The translations under genes were made by a program, and so were the position numbers. This document shows, one piece after another, positions 54,769 through 64,000 of a stretch of DNA of 64,000 nt. Numbering within the stretch: the stretch's first letter is position 1; the number at the start of each line of letters is the position of its first letter. This DNA is from Octopus vulgaris (lineage: Eukaryota): positions 85,250,001 to 85,314,000 of the forward strand of contig OX597825.1 of the NCBI GenBank assembly GCA_951406725.2, read 5' to 3'. The notes under the pieces are model-generated. The model searched no databases, was not told where the DNA came from, and saw only the letters and a list, made by a program, of their open reading frames with translations.

Positions 54769-54826
54769 GATATATAGATATAGTTATACACATTCTATAA
54801 CACTTGTGCGTGCGTGTGTGTGTGTG
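54605..54826. repeat. Minisatellite: three copies of a ~50-bp unit separated by variable-length (TG)n
   Basis: TATAGATATATAGATATAGTTATACACAT(G/T)CTATAACACTTGTGCGTGCG occurs three times. Confidence 0.92.
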
Positions 54827-54931
54827 TTTCCTGTTAACTTATTCAATTTAATTCACATATTTCCAAAACGGTCTTTCTTTGTTCTTTTACGGTCTGAACG
54901 AATGCAGCGCAGAAAAGTCCGTGCAACTCAC

Positions 54932-55248
54932 CCAAGGGCCAGTCGGAGGTGTTAAAGCGGACCGACAAGATTACGGTTTTACTCGTATCCTTTAGCGTAA
55001 ATATTTCAACATCGCTGCTATTGTTGTACATACTTATTGTAAGTGATGTTGTTACTGATAATACAACCGCTGCCGGATGTTGATGTTATGTTTCTGATGC
55101 TGTCGATGATGATGATGATGATGATGATGCTGTTCATTGCATTAAAGAATCTTAGTACAAATATTTGAAGTTCTTGCTTTAACCTTCAATTATCCAAAGT
55201 ACTGCATCTTTTTGTTTTGTTTTGCTTTGTTTTTACTTAAACATCTTT
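54932..55248 (-). other. Candidate exon with a possible start codon at 55031 (MYNNSSDVEIFTLKDTSKTVILSVRFNTSDWPL)
   Basis: Acceptor tttctttcttcAG at 55250/55249; strong donor TGG|GTGAGT at 54932/54931. No recognisable homology. Confidence 0.35.
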
Positions 55249-55320
55249 CTGAAGAAAGAAATCGTTCTGTAAAGATGGAAGATGTTGAGTTCTCTGCGTC
55301 GGTGTTATTTTAGTTTTTTT

Positions 55321-55401
<81 letters not shown>

Positions 55402-56139
55402 CTGTTTGTTATCGCTCTTGTTGCTGTTGTTTTAGTATTTTCGTTTTTATTTTTTTGGGGTTTTTTTATGTTTGTATGGAATGGATTTGCTTTTTGTTGC
55501 TGTTGTTGTTTTTTTTGTATTATATTATTTTAAACATCACTATTACGACATTCTACCGCGTTCGCTTCAAGTACAACGGATTCGATGATGATGGTGATAG
55601 TGATGATGAAGACACCGATGACGACGGTGCTGATGATGAAGATGATGATGATGATGATATTATTGTATCCCCTCTTCCATGGTAACTCGTTCATGTGCCA
55701 TATATATTTATGTATGTGTGTGTATATATATGTGTGTTTGTGTGTGTGTGTCTGTGTCTGTGTGTGTGTATGCATACACATGCATACATACATATATGTT
55801 TTATTCTCTATTTTACACTTTCATTTGGAAGGTTTCTTTTGTGAAAATAAAATACAACCATTTGCTTCTTTTAGCATTCTCGCACGAAATTAATCCTGTG
55901 CGCGTGCGCGAGTGCATGCGTGTGCTTGCATTCCTCTGTTGTGCGTTTGCGCATTTGCTATACATGGCATTCTGCATATGCGTACGTGTGTGAGAGTACA
56001 TGTGTGCGTCTACACAACAGGAATACACGCACACATATACGTTACGTATATATAATAAATATACATATATATGTACATATATATGTACATACATATATAT
56101 ATAAATATATATATTTATATACATATACATATATATATA

Positions 56140-56484
56140 TATATATAAACACGCATATTTGTACATACATGTATATACAGACATAAATATGTATATATAT
56201 ATAAATAAATATATATATATGTATATGAATATATATGTATATATATATACACACACACACATATATATATACGTACATATATTATATATATATATATATA
56301 TATATAATGGAATATGCAGACAGACGTCTAAACATATAGACGCACAAATATATGTATGTATATATATATATGTGTGTGTGTGTGTATATATATACATATA
56401 TATTCATATACATACATATTTATATATATATATATACATATTTATGTCTGTATATATATATATATGTATGTACAAATATGTGTG

Positions 56485-56500
<16 letters not shown>
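56140..56500. repeat. Inverted duplication of microsatellite-rich DNA (~140-150-bp arms)
   Basis: ACACGCATATTTGTACATACA...CAGACATAAATATG...TATGAATATA on the left is mirrored by TATATTCATA...CATATTTATGTCTG...TGTATGTACAAATATGTGTGT on the right. Confidence 0.8.
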
Positions 56501-56533
<33 letters not shown>

Positions 56534-56964
56534 TACATATCATTTCCGTAATCGAAAACCGTTTATTATTGAAATAATACCTTAGAAATCATATGAAGCA
56601 ACAGCTCTGTAATATTATAACTTAAGAATTTAATCACTTCTATTTTTATTTAATTATCTTCTTAGTTCTGCATTTAATTATTCAGTATTTTAATAAACAA
56701 CCACCGCCATACTTGATTGCATAAACAACATTCAGCAGCAAACAATATTATTATCTTTTGCTCTAATATTTACTTTTCATTACTGGAATCAATCCTTATT
56801 TTGTCTTGTGGCTGTCGGAGTTAAGATCCGCTCACCAAATACAAATCTGGATTTAGCGATAATATTTATTTGTATTGGTTCATGAGAGAATCTTTCGGTT
56901 TACGGTGAAGACGTTCGAATTCTTTGAGTCACACACTGAAATACTCAAACCTAAACATGTGAAA

Positions 56965-57287
56965 GCAGAACAGTGTGGAGCTTAAAAGGTCGTTTCACAA
57001 ACTCGTGGTTTGAGGCTCGTTTCCAGGGTGCGGCACCTGGGGTAAGTGTCTTCACGTTAAGTGCCTTGAACCGAATGATGCCTTTTGGGTGGATCAATAC
57101 CTCATGGGTGAAGTCATTGGAGGAGGAAATTTGGAGGAGCCGTTGTATATGTGTGCATGTGTATGAGTGTATTTGTGTGTGTGTGTGTGTGTGTGTGCGT
57201 GTGTGTGTGTGCATGTGTGAGAGCGTGTATGTGTATGAGTGCGCATGTGTTTCTCTGTGTGTTTGTTGTTTTCCCAACGTTTGACAA
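56965..57287 (+). mobile_element. Diverged SINE B-like element
   Basis: GCGGCACCTGGGGTAAGTGTCTTC CORE-like motif, GGAAATTTGGAGGAGCCGTTGTATA, then (TG)n. Confidence 0.55.
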
Positions 57288-57759
57288 TACGCAATACACA
57301 CACAAAAATACACACACAATAACCGAAACACACATATCGATAGAGAAGGGCAAAGGGGTATATAATAAATAGATATATATGTCTATATATATGTGTGTGT
57401 GTGTGTATACCTTTATATATATGTGTATGTATGTATGTATGTATGTATGTATGTATGTATGTATATATATGTGTGTGTATGTGTGTATATATGCATGTAT
57501 GTATATATAGATATATATGGTTGCTATTATGTTAAACTGTCGCATGTCCAAATTTGGCCAAATGCGTTTCCTTTTCAGTATTTATTTTTGCTTGCAATAG
57601 CTGGTTCTTTTGGTCAAAGTATCGTATCTCCAGCTGCTTCAATTGCCAAGATATCAAAAATTGTGTACTAAAATGGTTTTGCTATGGAATAGTGAAATTA
57701 TTTTTTTGTTTTCTGTTAAAGCAACATTTTGGATTTACGATACTTGTGCATAATAGCAA

Positions 57760-57845
<86 letters not shown>

Positions 57846-58929
57846 CTGAAGAAATATATCGATCATCATATCGTCGATATAAAAACTTGTACATAAGTTC
57901 GATTCAATGAATATAATTCCGTCTTTCCAACGATGCCGAGCTCTACCTCTGTTGTTGTCACAAACACACTTCACTCAATAAATTTGTACTGTTCAAACCT
58001 GTTTAAATAACACACTTTTCACGTGTTGCTGATTCCGCTTTACCAAATCTTGGCTGGCACCAACATACTACCATCAAATCTATGAGCAGAGTAATCAAAG
58101 AGACGAAAAACCTGTTCGCTGTACACTATAGACATATAAAAATCCATTAATGATATTCTTTCATTAGCAGCATAAATCACAGCTTCATATCTGTCTGTAT
58201 CAAACCTAAATATACGACAACTCTGACGTGTATTTTTCTCGTTAGCGAAACCAGGATAACTATTTATTCATAGAAGTGCAGGGGAAAAACTGGGAGCCTC
58301 ACATCAAACGGTTCAAAAAACGAATGATCTGTCATAAGAATTCATTTTTCATGTTTTCTCTGAAAGTTACAGGTTTTCTAGCAATATTTTCTCTTTCGGT
58401 TTATCTTCATATCTCTGTGCCTTTGTCTGTAATATATGTTCATATGTTTGCTGCTGGTTCCCTCTCTGTAGGTGTGTTTATACGTTTGCCTCTGTTTATG
58501 CATTTCAATGATAAAAGAACCGATTCACAGATATACGCCAGATTTAAGTGTATGTGCAGGTTATGTGCACATAAACCACCCCCAATGCTTTTATGAATAT
58601 TTACATATACTACCAGATATGATATCTGTATTATGTTATGCAATTTTGCATGTATAGAAATATGTATTTACACACATGCAAATCTACGTAATACATACGT
58701 CATATTTATGTATATATTTATATATACGTTAATGCACACATGTGTGATATTCTGAACAACCGTAAACATGTTTTGAGTTTGGTTTGTATTAAGACAGCAA
58801 AGGGTTGCATCTTATGTGTGAGAGAGATTAATGAAGATGTTTACCTCCATCAACACATATCTTTACTGGAATGGCAATAACAGTTCTGGGATCAAAGGCT
58901 AGTGATGTAAGAATAAAACGGCGAAGGTA

Positions 58930-58963
58930 TAACAATGACGATGATGATGATAACAATAATAAC

Positions 58964-59010
<47 letters not shown>

Positions 59011-59027
59011 TGATGATGATGATGATG

Positions 59028-59076
<49 letters not shown>

Positions 59077-59153
59077 TAATAATAATAATAACAATAATAA
59101 TAGTAATACTGATAATAATAATAATGATAATAATAATAATAATAATAATAATG

Positions 59154-59217
<64 letters not shown>

Positions 59218-59219
59218 TG

Positions 59220-59266
<47 letters not shown>

Positions 59267-59637
59267 AATAACAACAGCTTCAAAGTGTATATTGTGCCAA
59301 TAATCGTTGTTGCCCTCGAAACTGTGATCAAAGAGATTAAAAATCGGTCGGAAATGATAGAAATAAAAATGAAAGTAGAGAACATCTAAAAAATTTTTTT
59401 TAAAACAGTATCACTTGATAGAGGAAAGAGTTTCAGCAAAGTGTTTGAGATTTGGAAAAAAAAACACAATGCATCAGCTTAGTTCATGGGAAGTGAGCAG
59501 CTGGTACAGTAGTGACACCTCCAGCCGCAAGCTGAGGATGGTGGTGGTGATGGATGATGATGATGATGATGAGGAGGAGGAGGAGGAGGAGAAGAAGAAG
59601 AAGAAGAAGAAGAAGAAGAAGAAGAAGAAGAAGAAGA
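58930..59637. repeat. (AAT)n/(GAT)n and (GAT)(GAG)(AAG)n trinucleotide tracts
   Basis: Directly visible. Confidence 0.9.
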
Positions 59638-59891
59638 TATGGAATTACTGAAACGAAAGTGGCCGTCAAAAGAAGGGGATGTTCCAAGGAGATTTTGTCT
59701 CCCCACTTTTATTCTCTGTGTCACTGAAGATTAATTGTTCACAAAAACTGAACTCGGATGAAAGACAAATCACTAAAAGACGCTCAACCACCTTTCGCAT
59801 ATGAATAATTTCAAGTTTTACGGTGCAAATTATAAGTAATTAGAAACACTGCTGCAGAGAATGCACAGATTTCCTTGAAGAATACCAGGAA

Positions 59892-60132
59892 AATCGGATG
59901 TTATGACTATTACTGCTGTGACTGGGTACTCCGTCGGTTACGACGACGAGTTTTGTAGTTGATACGATCAACGGTACGGCGTCCTCGTGTAAGTGGTTGA
60001 GTATCCTTCAGACACACGCACCCTGAACGTCGTTCCCAAGAAGATTCAGCGTGACGCATCGGGTGTGACAAAGCTGGCCCATGAACTCCAGGCACAACTC
60101 ATTTTTTTCAGCTGAGAGGAGGACTGGAGCAA
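59892..60132 (-). mobile_element. SINE family C core with tail type 3
   Basis: Minus strand TTGCTCCAGTCC...CTCAGCTGAAAAAAATGAGTTG followed by a tail unlike types 1 and 2. Confidence 0.65.
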
Positions 60133-60209
60133 AAAGAAAGAAAGAAAAGACGTACATAAAACCATTAATATTAAGGCGTGAAAAGTGCTTCGGTTGGTGG
60201 CGAAGGACT

Positions 60210-60440
60210 GAGGTCATTCATGAGGCTAGGACTCAAAAGGCCGGACTTGCACTCAGTTTCTATGATTTATAAGTGACTAGGATTACCATACTCTCCCTGA
60301 ACCGGACGCTAGTCCATCTTGAGATTAACTTCCCAGTTATTGCAGGAACTCGTTTGCAGCTGTTCGGACTGAGGCAATGTGAAATGAAGTGGGTTTTTTC
60401 CAAGAACAGCGTACTGCCAGGTTCACACATTAAAACGACA
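60210..60440 (-). mobile_element. SINE family C, diverged, tail type 1-like
   Basis: Minus strand CACTTCATTTCACATTGCCTCAGTCC...GATGGACTAGCGTCC...AGAAACTGAG...CCGGCCTTTTGAG. Confidence 0.65.
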
Positions 60441-60444
60441 ACGA

Positions 60445-60600
60445 TGATGACGGCGGCGGCGGCGGTGGTGGTGGTGGTGGTGGTGGTAGTGGTGGTGGTG
60501 GTGGTGGTGGTGGTGGTGGTGGTGGTGGTGGTGGTGGTGGTGGTGGTGGTGGTGGTGGTGGTGGTGGTGGTAATGGTGGTGGTGGCGGCAGCGGCGGTGA
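60445..60600. repeat. (GGT)n microsatellite
   Basis: Directly visible. Confidence 0.95.
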
Positions 60601-60659
60601 GATCGGAGTGATATACATGATGATGATGAGGAGGATGACGATGATGATGATGTCCACAT

Positions 60660-60900
60660 TTAAAACACACGCTATATCCACAAGCCCAACCTATAAAATG
60701 CAACCCAGATGCACAACGCTTTCTAAAATCGTACACACCACACTAAAATCTATAGAGAATACATCACAAGACTCCAAAAGCCTTGGTCGATGCAGAGAAA
60801 CCCCGTACATACTGTGGCTCAAACATGCAACACACTACAACAACTACAACCAATACTCCACATATACACCACACCACAACCAACAACTACCTCATACCAC
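60660..60900 (+). mobile_element. Possible I/Jockey-group LINE C-terminal remnant
   Basis: With frameshifts, RCTTLSK / RTHHTKIYREYITRL / CRETP / HTVAQ resembles the R..LS.LR.GH......Y..RL....C..C....HT..H zinc-knuckle region; A/C-rich. Confidence 0.35.
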
Positions 60901-61593
60901 AGATTGAATCTCCTACACCTGCTTCTCTTTATTATCCTTACTCACACAGCATTATCAACTCAGAGCTAGCAAGTTGCCACTAATCAACCTCCTCCTTTAA
61001 TAGTCCCACCACGCTTCTTTCAACAGCTCTGCTCTGTCTAACGCACCAAAGATCTCATTTGACACTTTCCCTCACCGAACCCTAGACCTTTCAAATTGCT
61101 TTCCTGGTCACGATTTTCCTAAAGGGATAAATCTCCATAAATTCAAAAGAAATATCAACCATACAGATTTCATTAGTCTGAGAGTCTGAAACGACATTTA
61201 AAGATCATATCCACCCATCCCTTTCACATAGTCAATGCAAAAAATAAATCTAACATTCATAAATGTTAAAGATGTTCTAGAATATGACACTGTAGATCGA
61301 TATGCGAATTTGTCTCATTTCTTTTCAAGTCCCATCTTTCAAGCATGCATATCAATTGATTTTTTGGTCGTATAAAAGCCCTAAATTCCAATATTCTAGA
61401 TTTTAGAGAAAATTCGATTATCATTTTTATAATATATTTGTGTTTTTCTGCTTTGGGATTAAATGGAAACTTCTGCATATAACTACGTTTATAAAAGATA
61501 AAATAAGACTTCAATACAGAGAATAATGAACATAAAATAAAGGCAACATTATCGTGATATCTTAGTAAAAGCGATAATTAACTACTTAATGTA

Positions 61594-62154
61594 TTGGGTT
61601 GTCCGGAAAGTTCGTGCCGAGTTATAGTAGCTTGCGACTTATTTTAGAACATGGTTGAGTCCATAAAAAAGGATTTCACTACACCTCCATTTAGAGCACA
61701 GTTTAAGCTATCTTTTCGTGGAAGAAGGTTTATGTTCCTATAACCTGTGTTAATTCTGTAACCCTTTAAAATGGAAGATAAGGAAGTTTATTTTCGGCAC
61801 TTGATACTTTGGGAACCAGGCAAAAATTGCTGCAGCTTGGCTGGGATGTGTTACCCCACCCTCCATATTCACCAGATATTGCTCCTTCGGATTTCCACTT
61901 ATTTAGGTCTCTGCAGAATAGTCTTAATGGTAAAAATTTCAATTCCTTGGATGACGTAAAAAGATACCTTGATGAATTCTTTGCCAGGAAACCACCTCAA
62001 TTCTGGGAAGAGGGTATTTTCAAATTAAAGGAAAGATGGAGACCCATTGTGCAACAAAATGGTTCATATTTGGTTGATTAAAAATGTAATGGCAAGTATT
62101 TATTGACCTTTTTCTTTCCTTTAAAAATTGGAACGAACTTTCCGGACAACCCAA
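61594..62154 (+). mobile_element. Mariner (mellifera-like) element, internally deleted, 561 bp
   Basis: TIRs begin TTGGGTTGTCCGGAAAGTTCGT (22/22 identical terminal bases); TA TSD at 61592-61593 and 62155-62156. Confidence 0.95.
61771..62081 (+). pseudogene. Mariner transposase, N-terminal ~15 codons joined out of frame to the C-terminal ~90 codons
   Basis: MEDKEVYFRHLILWE, then GTRQKLLQLGWDVLPHPPYSPDIAPSDFHLFRSLQN...WEEGIFKLKERW...NGSY, containing the mariner YSPD(L/I)APSD motif. Confidence 0.95.
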
Positions 62155-62289
62155 TAATTGATATTAATACAGTACACATGTCACCTGATAAGTGTCTTTG
62201 TGATAATTTCTTCAAAATTATATTCTTTAAATACATAATATTTAGTTTAACGTTATTTAGATAAATAAGGAATGATAGATCTACTCTTT

Positions 62290-62481
62290 TCGTTTCAAAT
62301 TTTGACACAAGGCCAGCAATTTCGAAGATGTTTATATCGACTACATTGAGTTCAGTGTTTAACAGGTAATTATCGACCCGAAATGGTGAAAGGCCAAGTC
62401 GGTCTCGGTGGAATTAGAACACAACTTAAAGCCAGACAAAATGCTGCTAACTTTTTGTCCGGCGCGCTAACCATTCTGCAA
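62290..62481 (-). mobile_element. SINE family A monomer, diverged
   Basis: TATCGACCCGAAATGGTGAAAGGCCAAGTCGGTCTCGGTGGAATT...GGCGCGCTAACCATTCTGC. Confidence 0.8.
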
Positions 62482-62600
62482 TGCTCTCCGCTTTTGTAGA
62501 TATATAATACTGAGACACACAACGCATGGTAAAATAGCTAAAGTACTGGACAAATTTTGCATCAGGGGAGGAATTCTCGACTTCAATATTGAACACAATA

Positions 62601-62864
62601 TGGCGACGAGCTGGCAGAGTCGTTAGCACGCCGGGCGAAATGCTTAGCGGTATTTCGTCAGCCGTTCCGTTCTGGGTTCAAATTCCGCCGAGGTCGATTT
62701 TGCCTTTCATTCTTTCGGGGTCGATTAAATAAGTAACAGTTATGCACTGGGGTCGATATAATCTACTTAATCCGTCTGTCTGTCCTTGTTTGTCCTCTCT
62801 GTGTTTAGCCCCTTGTGGGTAGTAAAGAAATAGGTATTTCGCCTGTCCTTACGTTCTGAACTCA
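62601..62864 (+). mobile_element. SINE family A, dimer truncated early in the second unit
   Basis: GGCGACGAGCTGGCAGAGTCGTTAGCACGCCGGGCGAAATGCTTAGCGG...GGGTTCAAATTCC...core...TAGCCCCTTGTGGGTAGTAAAGAAATAGG. Confidence 0.92.
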
Positions 62865-62945
62865 TATTTTGTCCAGCGTTGCTAAAGCTTCTGCCAGTGT
62901 TATTCTGTCATATTGATAAAGGTTTCAAAGTTACACTGGAAATAA

Positions 62946-62983
<38 letters not shown>

Positions 62984-63136
62984 CAAGTATATATTAATAA
63001 TCGGAGAAGTTGCAGAATGATTCAAGGGCCGAGACTGTTGTGTGTTGGCCCTTGAGTCACCCTGTAACTTCAAATGATTATAAATAAAAATATGTTGTGT
63101 TCTATTTTCCTGTTCACATCGCCAAAGCTAGATAGG

Positions 63137-63210
<74 letters not shown>

Positions 63211-63793
63211 TGTATATATATAGATATATATATATATATATAGATATATATATATATATATATGCATCTATGTACATTTACAAATATGTGTGTGTGAGAG
63301 AAAGACAGAAAGAGAGAGAGACAGAGAATATAAAGTGTGCATAACGTGATTTCATACTCCGAATTGTTTGGTTGTAGAATTATATATTTTTTTTAATTTC
63401 CTTTCATCCTACTGTGGTCGATGAAAGAGAACCTAGTCAGGCCCTGCAGTTGATGTAACCAAGTACATCCTTTAGAAGTACTGCGTGATATTGTACTTCT
63501 TTAAAACTCATTATTTTGGAAACATAATTACAATGGTGAAGTTGAAGAGAAGCCAGACTGTCTGACTGAATATGAATATCAATAAACATTTCTGCTCTTG
63601 AACTTTCCGAGTTCAGATTCTGCCCACATCATTCTCAATACATAAGTGGTATCATAAATACAACTTATGAACTGCATTGATTATATTCTTATCAAAAGAC
63701 TTTGATTTGTCTCTCACTACAGAAATCAAAGTAAATCACAAAACATTTGAACGAGTAAGTTATAAACTATATTGGAATATATGCACATTCGCT

Positions 63794-63857
<64 letters not shown>

Positions 63858-64000
63858 CACTGGTGTCGAAACCATAATGATATCCTTGGGGCAGCTGATG
63901 GAGGTATGCTGGATTGTTGGTACGACTGTGAAATAGTATTATAACACATCATTTTGATATATATATATATATGTATGTATGTATGTCCTGGGGAAATACT

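Noticed and set aside
54605-54826. CRISPR-like repeat-spacer pattern
   Set aside because: The spacers are (TG)n, the context is eukaryotic, and there are no cas genes.

Overview
AT-rich eukaryotic genomic DNA, very dense in microsatellites ((TA)n, (TG)n, (AGAT)n, (ATT)n, (CTT)n, (ACT)n, (GGT)n). The SINE sequences and repeat landscape suggest an octopod cephalopod; this is inference. I recognise no intact host protein-coding gene, and nearly all ORFs in the track are translations of simple repeats. The window looks intergenic or deep intronic, with a few weak exon candidates on the minus strand. Mobile-element content: three tRNA-headed SINE families in many copies (dimers, a tandem array, swapped tails, several TSDs); RTE-type LINE 3' fragments; an internally deleted mariner with TIRs and a TA TSD; a hAT-type MITE; a foldback element with 15-16-bp subterminal repeats; and decayed GIY-YIG endonuclease remnants of Penelope-like elements (PLEs). 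The most notable feature is a ~480-bp near-perfect foldback at 53575-54052, set between (TA)n tracts, that carries a canonical type I hammerhead ribozyme in each polarity. A second, minimal hammerhead lies just upstream, and several decayed hammerhead-like motifs or head-to-head foldbacks of similar architecture occur elsewhere in the window. Together they suggest a population of non-autonomous, ribozyme-bearing, (TA)n-associated PLE-derived or retrozyme-like elements. All coordinates, alignments and folds were done by eye.
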